DNA of 64,000 nucleotides, taken from an uncultured Alphaproteobacteria bacterium. GTDB taxonomy: Bacteria > Pseudomonadota > Alphaproteobacteria > Rs-D84. Below, in pieces: positions 47,809-58,559 of this stretch. Positions within the stretch are counted from its first letter, which is position 1. Every line of letters starts with the position of its first letter. The translations under genes and the position numbers were made by a program. Location: contig CALXMN010000001.1 of assembly GCA_944389495.1 (NCBI GenBank), positions 7,551-71,550 on the forward strand, in the 5' to 3' direction. Under the pieces are notes generated by a model. That model searched no databases, was not told the DNA's origin, and saw only the letters and a list, made by a program, of their open reading frames with translations.

Positions 47809-49705
47809 TTTTTCCATTTGGATATATAACAAATCCGCCGCGTAAAATTTTATGGTTGCACTTTGGTGCATCTATGTGAAAATAAGATACGATATAATCT
47901 ATGTCTTGGTTGTTGCACATTTGAACGATATTATTTTGCAGCGGAACATATTTTTGGATATAGGCCAATGTAAAATTTTTTGTTTCGTACATCCATACGC
48001 CATTTTCTGGTTTGCGCCGAATGTTTTTAAGTGCTGCGGGCTCGCCATTTATTTGTCGCCACGTATTAAATGTAAAATAATGATTGGATGCGCGCGATTT
48101 TGTAAAGCCCAATTTCCCGTCATTACCAACAAATGCCGCCAACTCGTGATCATTCGTTACATAAAACAGCGGTCTTGGTTGTGCCACAGCAAGACAAATT
48201 CCAATTGTTAAAAACGCGCCACCAAAAATATAGTTTATTTTTATATGTATATTTCGGATGAATATAATTGATATAAAGCCCAGGATGATAAATACCATTG
48301 CGATATTTGGTATGTGCGACAATGTAATTGTTGAACCGGGCATTGTTGTAATCCATCTGCCAATCCCCAGACAAAAGTCATAAATTTGTTCTGCAAAATT
48401 AATTGGCCACATCCATCCGAACAAAGATGTAAAAACGCCAATGCATACCAAAGGCATAATTGCGATTGAAAACAGTGGTAACAAAACAAGATTGCCAATC
48501 AGACCATAAACCGGCAATTCATAGAAATGCATTACAACAAATGGGGCGGTAAACAATGTTGCAACCCCAGATGTCAGTATTGCGGTATAAATTATTTTTA
48601 TAATTTTATTTTTGGGCATTTGTGGTTTTATATCGTTCCACAACCACACCAGTCCAAATATTGCCGCAAAAGACAATTGAAATCCGGCCTGCATTACAAA
48701 GTGCGGATTCATTATAAATATTATACAGAATGCGACACATACGTTGCGAACAGAAATTGCGTGTCGTCCAACAATGAATGCCATAAACACCAATGTTGCC
48801 ATAATAAATGCGCGAATTGTTGCAACGTCTGTACCCGATAAAATCACATAGAACAGTAAACCGCACCACGCACAAATTAATGCGGGTATTCGTGCCGGTA
48901 TGCGCCGTGTTAATGGTGCAATTGCGCGGAATATTAAAAAGAATATTGCGAACAACCACGCTGAAACCAATGTGATATGAAATCCACTGATTGACCAAAC
49001 GTGTCCGACGCCGGTTGCGGTCCATACGGGCGCATCGTCTTTTGGAACCGCATTTTTATAGCCCAACACCAATGTATCCACCAGAAAAGAATTTGTTTGT
49101 CTGTGAATCCAATCACGCAAATCGGAAATGCTTTCACCGTTTGATGGTGTGATGACGGAATATTCATCAATGTATCCCGTTGCAGTCAGGCCATTAAAAT
49201 ACATCCATCGTGCATAATCAAAAGATTCTGGTGCGTCTGCACCATCTGGGCGAAACAGTCCGATTTTGGCGCGGATTATATCGCCCAGTTTTGGTGGTGT
49301 AATATTCGTTCCGGCGGAAACACGAACGATTGCGTCGCCATCGGGGATGGCGTTAATTTGTGCGGCGTCTGTTTTTATATAAATACGCGTCTTGTCATAT
49401 GTATAGTCAATATGTGTGACCGTACCGATAATTTCTTGGTTATGTATATTGTGTGAAATCTGGGGTGTATTGATAAAGTGTGTAAATATTGCCGCCCAAC
49501 AAAACCCGATCAAGAACAAAGAAATTGCGCGCACAATTACCGGTGTATGTAATATGACAAAAATTATGCCCATAATCGCGCCAATAATACACAGCCCAAG
49601 ATTCGGTTCTGTACCCAGGTTAAAGTATAACCCGGCGCCAAATGCCAACAAGAATGGCACCCATAAAAACAGATTACGTAATTGATTTTTCCACAAATCC
49701 TGCAT
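47762..49705 (-). CDS. comEC: ComEC/Rec2 competence membrane protein
   Basis: OB-like domain with FDYAR, GVGHVWSISGFH, RAFIM, GFQLSF; no MBL domain; ATG 49705 chosen as start. Confidence 0.9.
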   Translation of the reverse strand: MQDLWKNQLRNLFLWVPFLLAFGAGLYFNLGTEPNLGLCIIGAIMGIIFVILHTPVIVRAISLFLIGFCWAAIFTHFINTPQISHNIHNQEIIGTVTHIDYTYDKTRIYIKTDAAQINAIPDGDAIVRVSAGTNITPPKLGDIIRAKIGLFRPDGADAPESFDYARWMYFNGLTATGYIDEYSVITPSNGESISDLRDWIHRQTNSFLVDTLVLGYKNAVPKDDAPVWTATGVGHVWSISGFHITLVSAWLFAIFFLIFRAIAPLTRRIPARIPALICAWCGLLFYVILSGTDVATIRAFIMATLVFMAFIVGRHAISVRNVCVAFCIIFIMNPHFVMQAGFQLSFAAIFGLVWLWNDIKPQMPKNKIIKIIYTAILTSGVATLFTAPFVVMHFYELPVYGLIGNLVLLPLFSIAIMPLVCIGVFTSLFGWMWPINFAEQIYDFCLGIGRWITTMPGSTITLSHIPNIAMVFIILGFISIIFIRNIHIKINYIFGGAFLTIGICLAVAQPRPLFYVTNDHELAAFVGNDGKLGFTKSRASNHYFTFNTWRQINGEPAALKNIRRKPENGVWMYETKNFTLAYIQKYVPLQNNIVQMCNNQDIDYIVSYFHIDAPKCNHKILRGGFVIYPNGKIKYVSRTRPWHNPPE

Positions 49706-49784
49706 ATAAAAAGTATAGGAATTTATTTTATTGCCTGGCAATGAAAAATTTCGTATGATGAAAGTCCATAAGGAGGCATTTCTT

Positions 49785-51359
49785 ATGGCAAAATATATTT
49801 TTATTACCGGTGGTGTTGTATCCAGTTTGGGCAAGGGCGTCGCGGCGGCAAGTTGTGGCGCCCTTCTTCAATCGCGTGGTTATACGGTGCACGCGCGCAA
49901 ATTTGATCCGTATTTGAACATAGATCCCGGAACGATGTCGCCGTTCCAGCACGGTGAAGTTTATGTTACAAATGATGGGTTTGAAACAGACTTGGATTTG
50001 GGGTATTACGAACGATTTTTGGGTATTCATTTGACACGAAATGATTCTGTATCTGGGGGGCGAATATATTGGGATGTGTTAAATTCGGAACGTCACGGTG
50101 ACTATCTTGGGGCGACGGTTCAAATGATTCCGCACGTCAGCAATAAAATCAAAGAATATATTTCTGGGCCGACCGGAACGGACTTTGTGGTATGTGAAAT
50201 TGGTGGTACGGTTGGTGATATCGAGGGCAAGATCTTTCTTGAATCCATACGACAATTTGCAAACGACGTTGGTCGCAAAAATGTTATGTTTGTGCATTTA
50301 ACCTTGGCGCCATATTTGGAAAAAAGCGGCGAATTAAAAACCAAGCCGACACAAATGTCTGTGCGCGAATTATTGGAAAACGGTATCCAGGCCGATATGT
50401 TGATTGTTCGCAGTCCGCGTATGTTAACTGCGGATGAACGTGCCAAAATAGGGATGTTTTGTAATCTGCCGGCGAAAAATGTAATCAGTGGAATCGACCT
50501 GGATAATATATATAAAATTCCATTGGCTTATGATGCCCAGCACGTATTTGATATAATCGCGGATCATTTCGATTTACCGAACGCAACGGGCAATATGGAT
50601 AAATTCCAAAAATTATCCAGGTATTTGTCCGCGGATTTACCGCACGTTAAAATAGGCGTTGTTGGTAAATACTTTGATGTTCCCGATGCGTACAAATCAT
50701 TGAACGAGGCACTGTTTCACGCAGGCATTCAAAACAACGTTCACGTGGATATTGAAAAAATAAATGCAGAAGATTTTTCCGCCGATGCGGCAACGGGATT
50801 GGATGGCATATTGGTTCCGGGCGGTTTTGGTGTGCGCGGCGTTGCGGGCAAAATTGCTGCGGCGGGATACGCACGTGAAAGTGGTACGCCATATATGGGA
50901 ATTTGTTTGGGGATGCAGGTTGCGGTTCTGGATTTTGCACGCAATGTATTGGGTATTTCTGATGCGGATTCAACCGAATTTACGAAAAATTGTACCCCTG
51001 TAATAAATATTATGCCCGATCACGATGCGTTGGATATGGGGGGCACATTGCGTCTGGGGGCGTATCCGTGCCTAATACGTCCAAATACATTGGCGGCAAA
51101 GATATACGGCAAATCACAAATATCCGAACGTCATCGTCACAGATATGAAATGGATATATCTTATGCGGATAAATTTGAACGTGCCGGTATGATAATATCT
51201 GGGGTAAGCCCGGATGGGCGACTGCCTGAAATGGTGGAATTAAAAAATCATCCATTTTTCATTGCGGGTCAATTTCATCCGGAATTTCAATCCAGTCCAT
51301 ATTCAGGGCATCCGATGTTTAACGCATTTATTGCGGCGGCCGCCCATCACGGTATATAA
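49785..51359 (+). CDS. pyrG: CTP synthase
   Basis: GGVVSSLGKG, DPGTMSPFQHGE, KTKPTQ, GICLGMQ, QFHPE. Confidence 0.98.
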   Translation: MAKYIFITGGVVSSLGKGVAAASCGALLQSRGYTVHARKFDPYLNIDPGTMSPFQHGEVYVTNDGFETDLDLGYYERFLGIHLTRNDSVSGGRIYWDVLNSERHGDYLGATVQMIPHVSNKIKEYISGPTGTDFVVCEIGGTVGDIEGKIFLESIRQFANDVGRKNVMFVHLTLAPYLEKSGELKTKPTQMSVRELLENGIQADMLIVRSPRMLTADERAKIGMFCNLPAKNVISGIDLDNIYKIPLAYDAQHVFDIIADHFDLPNATGNMDKFQKLSRYLSADLPHVKIGVVGKYFDVPDAYKSLNEALFHAGIQNNVHVDIEKINAEDFSADAATGLDGILVPGGFGVRGVAGKIAAAGYARESGTPYMGICLGMQVAVLDFARNVLGISDADSTEFTKNCTPVINIMPDHDALDMGGTLRLGAYPCLIRPNTLAAKIYGKSQISERHRHRYEMDISYADKFERAGMIISGVSPDGRLPEMVELKNHPFFIAGQFHPEFQSSPYSGHPMFNAFIAAAAHHGI

Positions 51360-51407
51360 ATTGGGTATATATGGCAATGGCCATCGATAGTTTACCGATG
51401 GCCTTTA

Positions 51408-51722
51408 TTATTTACCAAATATAAAAGAATTATCAACCGACAGTTTGATTATTTCATCTGTGTTATCATTATCTGCGGCGTGTTGTCGAACAGTTTTTCC
51501 ACATTGCAGGCATTTATGGGTAATTATAAATGTGTCGCCGGATTTTTCTGCGACAACGGGACGCATCATTCCGCCACAGTTTGCCATCCTGTCCCCCGGT
51601 GCATTATCAACGTGTCGCGACCATAAACAATTCGGGCAATGGTTTGTATATCCATTGCCCCGAACGTGCGCACCACAGTGTGCGCATATAAAATCTTCGA
51701 CCCGACGGGTAAATCTTTTCAT
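51408..51722 (-). CDS. RNHCP domain zinc-binding protein
   Basis: F.C.HCG...YTNHCPNCLWSRHVD..PGDR...CGG.M.P...HKC..CG. Confidence 0.88.
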   Translation of the reverse strand: MKRFTRRVEDFICAHCGAHVRGNGYTNHCPNCLWSRHVDNAPGDRMANCGGMMRPVVAEKSGDTFIITHKCLQCGKTVRQHAADNDNTDEIIKLSVDNSFIFGK

Positions 51723-51970
51723 TACAATCCCAATGCCGTACGATACATTTGTGTTAATTCGTCTGCCTCGTCCAATTCGTCTGGATCCATTTTACGCAGG
51801 CGTATCATTTGACGAATATATTTGGGGTCAAAGCCGGCGGATTTTGCCTCGCTATAAATTTCTTTAATATCTGCGGCGATGGCGGCCGTTTCTTCATTTA
51901 ATTTTTCGATGCGTTCAATAATACTTAACAATTGTTGATTGTCAATTGCGCCGTGATTTGCATTTTTCAT
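51722..51970 (-). CDS. DUF2312 / GapR nucleoid-associated protein
   Basis: QLLSIIERIEKL.EE...IKEIYSEAKSAGFD. Confidence 0.9.
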   Translation of the reverse strand: MKNANHGAIDNQQLLSIIERIEKLNEETAAIAADIKEIYSEAKSAGFDPKYIRQMIRLRKMDPDELDEADELTQMYRTALGL

Positions 51971-52062
51971 AGCAGATTTCCCCTTGTTTTTTGATGAACT
52001 ATATGATATATCATAAATCGCAAAAATCAAGAAAAACAAAAGTAAAAAAAGCAAGGAATATT

Positions 52063-53430
52063 ATGAGATTTACAAAAATAACTGCATCTATCGGTCCAAA
52101 GTGCGAAGACCGCGAAACGTTAACAAAAATGATTTCGGCGGGGGTAAATATGTGCCGCCTGAATTTCAGTCACGATACCGGCGATGTCCAGGGTAAAAAG
52201 ATTGATTTAATTCGTGAAATATCGGATGAATTAAATACGCCGGTTGCGGTAATGATTGATTTACAGGGCCCGAAACATCGTATTGGAAATTTTGAAACCG
52301 AAGAAAAATATCCGCTGCAAATCGGGCAAAAGTTTACATTTGATACAGATCCAACGCCGGGAAATTCGACACGTGTTCAATTGCCGGATTGTGATGTTAT
52401 GAAATCTTTGAACGTTGGTGACAGAATATTGTTAAATGACGGTAAAATCGAAATGGCGGTTGAATCTGTATCGGCCGACAAAGTTGTTGCGACGGTTGTG
52501 CGTGGAACAGAAATTTGGTCGCGCCGTGGTTTTAATTTACCAGATACCGAGATTGCAACATCTGTCCTTACGCCCAAGGATCGGGCCGATTTGGAATATG
52601 CGATAACCAAAAATCCTGATTGGGTTGCAATATCTTTTGTGCAAAAACCCGAAGACGTGGCCGAGGTTCGTGATTTTATCACTGCGCGTACATCGCACCC
52701 GATAAAGATAATTGCAAAAATTGAACGTCCAAATGCGGTTGCACGTATTACTGAAATTGCGGCCGTTGCAGACGGAATAATGATTGCGCGTGGCGACCTT
52801 GCTGTAGAGGTTCCGTTTGAAGAAGTGCCCGCAATATCGCGTCATATTATTCGCGAATGTCGCAAAATGAACAAGCCGGTAATTATGGCGACCCAGATGT
52901 TGGGCACAATGGTTAACAGTGAATTTCCCACCCGTGCCGAAATTACCGACGTTGCCAATGCGGCATATCTGCGTGCAGATTCCACAATGACATCCGAAGA
53001 AACAACAATCGGTATTAATCCGGTAAATGTCATAAACACTATGGACAAGATATTGGCATATTCTGACGGTGATGCGATTGCAAATCCGTATGATTGGTCG
53101 CGCGTGGAAAATATTCCTGAAAATGATTGGTCGCGCAGTGTGGCGTCTATGGCATATTTAAATCGTGTATCGGCAATAGTTGTGTTTGCGCGCGATGCAT
53201 CCGCTGCGATGCAGATTTCGTGTCGCAAGCCCGATATTCCAATTGTTGCCGTGTGCAACGAACGCGTTATCGCGAACCAGTTATGTTTATTACGCGGTGT
53301 GTTTCCGGTATATGACGCAGATTTATTTGCCCAGCGTGACGCATTTAATTCGGCACGTCGTTTTGGGGTAAATTCTGGGAAATTGGTTATTGTCGATGAC
53401 GATAAAATCAGTTTGCGTACATTGGACTAG
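52063..53430 (+). CDS. pyk: Pyruvate kinase
   Basis: TKI.ASIGP, RLNFSH, DLQGPK, AKIE, ARGDL, ATQML, PTRAE. Confidence 0.95.
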   Translation: MRFTKITASIGPKCEDRETLTKMISAGVNMCRLNFSHDTGDVQGKKIDLIREISDELNTPVAVMIDLQGPKHRIGNFETEEKYPLQIGQKFTFDTDPTPGNSTRVQLPDCDVMKSLNVGDRILLNDGKIEMAVESVSADKVVATVVRGTEIWSRRGFNLPDTEIATSVLTPKDRADLEYAITKNPDWVAISFVQKPEDVAEVRDFITARTSHPIKIIAKIERPNAVARITEIAAVADGIMIARGDLAVEVPFEEVPAISRHIIRECRKMNKPVIMATQMLGTMVNSEFPTRAEITDVANAAYLRADSTMTSEETTIGINPVNVINTMDKILAYSDGDAIANPYDWSRVENIPENDWSRSVASMAYLNRVSAIVVFARDASAAMQISCRKPDIPIVAVCNERVIANQLCLLRGVFPVYDADLFAQRDAFNSARRFGVNSGKLVIVDDDKISLRTLD

Positions 53431-53508
53431 TATAAAAAAATATCATATTACGGTGGCGGTTTTTGGTGTTGACCGCCACCGTGTTTTTTTACTAAAATCA
53501 TTCTTGAT

Positions 53509-54726
53509 ATGAAAGGATTTTGGGGGATATTTCTTTTAAGTTTTGCGTTTATTACGTCGGCGTCTGCCGCCCAGTATCGTGCGGCATTGGTTGCAGATAT
53601 GGACAGTGGCCGCGTTCTTTACCAAGAAAATGCCAATGACCAAAATTATCCGGCCAGTTTGACCAAAATAATGACATTATATTTAACATTTGACGCATTG
53701 GAACACGGTCGTCTGCATTTGGACGATTATTTAATTGTTTCAAAGTCTGCGGCATCGGCGTCGCCGGTAAAATTGGGGTTGGCCGCGGGCAGTAAAATAA
53801 AGGTCGAAGATGCAATCAAGGCGTTAACCGTGTTAAGTGCAAATGATGTGGCGCGTGTGTTGGCCGAAAACCTTAAGGGCGGACAAGAGGGGAATTTTGC
53901 CGGATTGATGACGCGCGTTGCGGCCGAAATAGGGCTGTCCGGTACAAATTTTGAAAATTCATCTGGTCTGCCGGATGACGATCATATGTCAACCGCGCGT
54001 GATATTGCGTTGCTGTCTATGGCCGTGTACAAGCATTTTCCCCAGTATTGGAAATATTTTTCAATCAAGACCTGGACATATAATGGCAAGACGTATACAA
54101 ACGGCAACCGTCTGTTGGGGACGTACCCGGGCTGTGACGGGATGAAAACGGGATATACTAACAAGTCGCGTTATTCATTGGTTGCGACGGCCAATCGCGA
54201 AAATCATCATTTAATTGCGGTTGTGCTTGGTGCGGCCAGCAAAGATGTTCGTGCCAACGTTGCAACAGATATGTTAAATCGTGGTTTTGAAATGGTGGCG
54301 GGGATGCCCGGGGAACGCGTTATTACATATACAACGGCGGCCCCTGTGAATAATGTGCCGCAAACGGTTACATATTCTGCGTCTGGGGCTGCGTCAACCA
54401 CGACATATTCTGCGCCTGTTCAATCGACTGTGCCAACGACGTTTGGTGCGGCATATAATGCCGCCACGGCCCAGACGGCACCCATTACGAACACGTCAAA
54501 TAATGCACCCGGTAATGCAGGCGTGCAATTTGGGGCGTTTTCTTCACATGATGCCGCCACGGCCCAGGTTTCAAATGTTCGTAATACTTTGGGGGTCACC
54601 GCTGTAATAGAAAGTGCGCCAAACGGTATGTTTCGCGTGCGTGTAAATAACTTGTCTGAATCCGCGGCCCAGGATATTCATACACGTGCCCAGAATGCGG
54701 GCCTGGACAGTTATATTTTTCATTAA
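53509..54726 (+). CDS. D-alanyl-D-alanine carboxypeptidase with C-terminal SPOR domain
   Basis: PASLTK, SAN, KTG motifs; VQFGAF SPOR. Confidence 0.92.
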   Translation: MKGFWGIFLLSFAFITSASAAQYRAALVADMDSGRVLYQENANDQNYPASLTKIMTLYLTFDALEHGRLHLDDYLIVSKSAASASPVKLGLAAGSKIKVEDAIKALTVLSANDVARVLAENLKGGQEGNFAGLMTRVAAEIGLSGTNFENSSGLPDDDHMSTARDIALLSMAVYKHFPQYWKYFSIKTWTYNGKTYTNGNRLLGTYPGCDGMKTGYTNKSRYSLVATANRENHHLIAVVLGAASKDVRANVATDMLNRGFEMVAGMPGERVITYTTAAPVNNVPQTVTYSASGAASTTTYSAPVQSTVPTTFGAAYNAATAQTAPITNTSNNAPGNAGVQFGAFSSHDAATAQVSNVRNTLGVTAVIESAPNGMFRVRVNNLSESAAQDIHTRAQNAGLDSYIFH

Positions 54727-54744
54727 TGGTATTTTGGTAATATT

Positions 54745-55344
54745 ATGAATTCAAAAATAGAAAAATTAATAAAACAGTTTGCAAAATTACCGCGCCTGGG
54801 GTCTCGCGCCGCCCAGCGGATTGTGTTATCCCTGCTCCAGGATAAAACGGGGCGTGCGGAAAATCTGGCAAATGCATTGTTGGATGCGGCATCAACTATT
54901 CGGCCGTGCCCGGTGTGTGGTGTGTTAACGGATACAAATGTTGGTCTGTGCGAATTTTGTCGTGATGCGACGCGTTGTAATGGGCAACTGTGCGTGGTAC
55001 GCGATTTGTCAGATGTATGGACATTGGAAAAGTCCGCGATTTTTCACGGGCGGTATCATATTTTGGGTGGACTGTTATCTGGGGTTGCGGGAACTTTACC
55101 GGATGATCTTAATATTGCGGGTTTGGCAAATCGCATAAGGCAAGAAAACATAACAGAAATAATATTTGCGTTACCAAACACGATCGAAGGAAAAACGACC
55201 CAGCATTATGTTATGTCAATAATTGATGCGGCCCCAGACGTTCGTTTTTCAGAATTGGCATCTGGGGTGCCATTGGGCGGTGATATAGATTATTTGGATG
55301 ATGGTACACTGTCGCTGGCATTTGGGGGACGACGAGAATTATGA
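54745..55344 (+). CDS. recR: Recombination mediator RecR
   Basis: C4 zinc finger, YHILGG.LS, EG.TT, G.P.GG.IDYLD.GTL. Confidence 0.93.
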   Translation: MNSKIEKLIKQFAKLPRLGSRAAQRIVLSLLQDKTGRAENLANALLDAASTIRPCPVCGVLTDTNVGLCEFCRDATRCNGQLCVVRDLSDVWTLEKSAIFHGRYHILGGLLSGVAGTLPDDLNIAGLANRIRQENITEIIFALPNTIEGKTTQHYVMSIIDAAPDVRFSELASGVPLGGDIDYLDDGTLSLAFGGRREL

Positions 55345-56177
55345 ATAAAACAAATACTTTTACTTTGGAAACATTACCACCTGTGTCAGAAATGATGCGT
55401 AATGCGGGGCTGGTGCCCAAGAAACAATTTGGACAAAACTTTTTATTTGATTTAAATTTGACTGGGCGTATTGCACGCAGTGTTCCGAACATTTCCACCA
55501 CCCCGGTAATAGAGGTTGGACCCGGGCCCGGCGGGTTAACACGCGCATTATTGATGGCGGGTGCACCGCGTGTTATTGCCATAGAAATGGATAAAACGAC
55601 CGCACCAATTTTAAATGAAATTGCGCGTGCCGCCACGTCCCGCTTAACGATTATTTACGATGATGCGCTGCGTGTTGATTTTGCGGGGTTGGGCGTATCG
55701 TCTTATGCGATTTGTTCAAATTTGCCATATAATGTTGGAACCGAATTGCTGGTTCAATGGTTAATACGTGCAGCCCACGGCGCGCCTATAAAATCTATGA
55801 CCCTTATGTTCCAGCGCGAGGTTGCACAACGTATCACCGCGCGTGTTGGTAATGACCAGTATGGTCGTTTGGCGGTTTTGACGGCATTGGTTGCAGATGC
55901 CCAGATTTTATTTGACGTTCCAAATACGGCCTTTGTTCCGCGTCCACGTGTACAAAGTGCCGTTGTTCGTGTTATACCGAACCCGAAAAAAATAGCGTCT
56001 TTACCGGATATTGCAAAAATTGAAAAAATAACTGCATTATTGTTTGGGCATCGTCGCAAGATGATACGTGGTATAATTCCAAATGTTGATTGGGAAAGGT
56101 TCGGCCTGCGCGGAACCGAGCGTGCCGAAGAATTATCGCCGGAAACATTTGCACAATTGGCGCGCGATTTGATATAA
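55341..56177 (+). CDS. rsmA: 16S rRNA dimethyltransferase KsgA
   Basis: KQFGQNFL, EVGPGPGGLT, NLPYN, MFQREVA. Confidence 0.96.
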   Translation: MNKTNTFTLETLPPVSEMMRNAGLVPKKQFGQNFLFDLNLTGRIARSVPNISTTPVIEVGPGPGGLTRALLMAGAPRVIAIEMDKTTAPILNEIARAATSRLTIIYDDALRVDFAGLGVSSYAICSNLPYNVGTELLVQWLIRAAHGAPIKSMTLMFQREVAQRITARVGNDQYGRLAVLTALVADAQILFDVPNTAFVPRPRVQSAVVRVIPNPKKIASLPDIAKIEKITALLFGHRRKMIRGIIPNVDWERFGLRGTERAEELSPETFAQLARDLI

Positions 56178-56211
56178 TATCATTAATGATAACAGAGAGA
56201 GAATATATAAA

Positions 56212-57915
56212 TTGACACTGCCTATACTAATATTTTTGGCGATATTGTTCGTATTGATTTGCGTGTTGCGTGTTGCGCACATAGGGGCATTGGTTGCTTT
56301 TTTATTGGCGGGTGTTATTTCCGGGCCATATGTTTTAAATTTATTCCAGTTATCTGAAACGTGGTCTTTTTTGGGTGATTTGGGAATATTATTTTTGTGG
56401 TTTAATATGGGATTGGGCATAAACATTCGCCGTCTGTGGGATATGCGTCGCACAATATTCGGTTTTGGTGCAACCCAGGTTTTAATGGTTGCGATAATGT
56501 TATTTCCAATATTAATGGGTGTAACACCGTGGACTATGCTTGGGTGCATAATGGTTTCGTTGTTGTTGGCGATGTCCAGTACATCTGCAGATATTCAATT
56601 ACTGACCGATCGGAACCAGTTAAATACGAATATGGGACGCCAGACATTTTCGATATTATTATTCCAAGATTTATTGTCCATTCCGCTATTGGCGATGTTG
56701 CCGGTTTTTGCGGGAAAGACTTTTAATTTGGGCGCAACGGCAATTGACATATTGGTATTATCGATTGCGCTGATTTTGGGTGTGGTTGTTATTGGTCGGT
56801 TTATATTGAATCCATTAATGCGTTTGGTTGCACGTCTTAAATCGCGCGAGGCATTTGTTCTTACCATAATGCTTATGATAATTGTTGGTGCATTTGGAAT
56901 GGACTTATTGGGGTTGCCGGTTGGTCTGGGGGCATTTTTGGCCGGAATGTTATTGTCTGAAACAATATATCGACATCAAATCAGTGCGGAAATATCGCCG
57001 TATGCAATGTTATTTTTGGCGTTCTTTTTCATAGCATTGGGAATGGGGTTAAATCTGCCGCTGTTGGGTGAAAACTGGTATTTTGTTTTGGCGGGTGTTG
57101 CCGGATTGGTTGTTATTAAGTTTTGTGCGATATTTATTGTTGCGCGTGTTCGCAATGTATCTGTGCCGGATGCGGCGATGATTGCATTAATTTTGGCCCA
57201 GGGTGGCGAGTTTGGATTGTTAATGTTACAGACAATGAAGGCTGCGGGTATAGATGCATTACCCGAAACGCACCAAGAAATATTAACGGCCATTATTGTT
57301 GTGTCTATTATGTTAACACCGATATTATTGGCGATATTCGATATTTTGCGCCGCCACGGCAAGATATTATCTGCCTATCCAATGCGTACGGCGGCCGATC
57401 GTGAAAAAAGTGTACGGCCTGCGGTTATTATTTGTGGATTTGGTCGTGTTGGTCAAATTGTTGCAGAAATATTAACCGTGGAAAAAATACCATATTTGGC
57501 GATTGATTTGGATGTAAATGCGGTGATGCTGGGCCAGGAACACGGATTTAATGTCGTGTATGGAAATACATCGAATGATGCTGTTTTGCGTGATTTTGGT
57601 TTGTCACGGCGCACGCGGGCGGTTGTTGTTGCGCTGGATAACGTGTCGACGGCGCGTGATACAATTTTAACGGTTCGAAATATTGCACCGCGGGTCAAGA
57701 TTTTTGCACGTGCGCGTAATTTGGCCGACAGCCAGGAATTGTTAACACTGAACGTGACCCAGGCATTACCTGAAACCATAGAATCATCATTTATGTTGGC
57801 GTCGGGTGTATTGTCGCACCTAGGAATATCTGATTCCAAGATAAACGGATTGCTGGACAATTTACGTACGGATAATTATGCGGGCGTTGGCAAAACAATT
57901 TCTGATAAAAATTGA
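56212..57915 (+). CDS. CPA2 cation:proton antiporter with TrkA-N domain (KefB/KefC-like)
   Basis: MSST, LLFQD, GAFLAG, QGGEF, ICGFGRVG; TTG start. Confidence 0.88.
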   Translation: MTLPILIFLAILFVLICVLRVAHIGALVAFLLAGVISGPYVLNLFQLSETWSFLGDLGILFLWFNMGLGINIRRLWDMRRTIFGFGATQVLMVAIMLFPILMGVTPWTMLGCIMVSLLLAMSSTSADIQLLTDRNQLNTNMGRQTFSILLFQDLLSIPLLAMLPVFAGKTFNLGATAIDILVLSIALILGVVVIGRFILNPLMRLVARLKSREAFVLTIMLMIIVGAFGMDLLGLPVGLGAFLAGMLLSETIYRHQISAEISPYAMLFLAFFFIALGMGLNLPLLGENWYFVLAGVAGLVVIKFCAIFIVARVRNVSVPDAAMIALILAQGGEFGLLMLQTMKAAGIDALPETHQEILTAIIVVSIMLTPILLAIFDILRRHGKILSAYPMRTAADREKSVRPAVIICGFGRVGQIVAEILTVEKIPYLAIDLDVNAVMLGQEHGFNVVYGNTSNDAVLRDFGLSRRTRAVVVALDNVSTARDTILTVRNIAPRVKIFARARNLADSQELLTLNVTQALPETIESSFMLASGVLSHLGISDSKINGLLDNLRTDNYAGVGKTISDKN

Positions 57916-58010
57916 ATTGTATTTTAAATATAAAAAGGCCGCATTTGTGGACTTTTTATATTTGATTTTATGTGTACAGATTGTTATATTTTCAAGAAAT
58001 GGGATTAATA

Positions 58011-58559
58011 ATGAAAAATATTTGGAAATATGTGATAATAATTTTGTCGGCGATTGTCGTTGACCAATTGACCAAGGGTATATTGTTATACCTTATAACT
58101 GGAACGGTCCCGTTATTTGGGGCGGCGTGGGATATTGTACCTGTACCGTACCTGATGACCCAGGTTTGCGATTTCTTTAACATAGTATTTACGTGGAATC
58201 CGGGTGCGTCATTTTCTATGCTGCGCACTGTGGGCGAAGTGGCACCCATAATTATCATATCTGCAACTGCGTTTATTATTGGATTGATAACATATTATTT
58301 ATTTGCGCGTGCCCCGGGGTATGAACGTGCGCCATTGGCATTGATTGTTGGCGGTGCGATTGGCAACTTGGTTGATCGCGTTCGATTTGGTGCGGTTGTT
58401 GATTTTTTGGATTTTCACGTTGGGGGCTGGCATTGGCCTGCGTTTAATATTGCGGATATGTGCATTGTAATTGGTGTTGCGTGGCTTATATTAAATTTTA
58501 TATTGGCACGTCGTCGTTGTGTATGCGCGTCCCAGACAACTAAAAATGGAAAGAAATAA
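58011..58559 (+). CDS. lspA: Lipoprotein signal peptidase
   Basis: DQLTK, NPGASF, GGAIGNLVDR, VVDF, FNIAD. Confidence 0.96.
   Translation: MKNIWKYVIIILSAIVVDQLTKGILLYLITGTVPLFGAAWDIVPVPYLMTQVCDFFNIVFTWNPGASFSMLRTVGEVAPIIIISATAFIIGLITYYLFARAPGYERAPLALIVGGAIGNLVDRVRFGAVVDFLDFHVGGWHWPAFNIADMCIVIGVAWLILNFILARRRCVCASQTTKNGKK

Noticed and set aside
4655-53498. Lineage-specific 16-bp promoter spacer (rplU, rpmE, valS, marR, both tRNAs)
   Set aside because: Other candidate promoters show 17 or 18 bp (PBP1a, gyrA, HAD, carboxypeptidase), and the hand-picked sample is too small.
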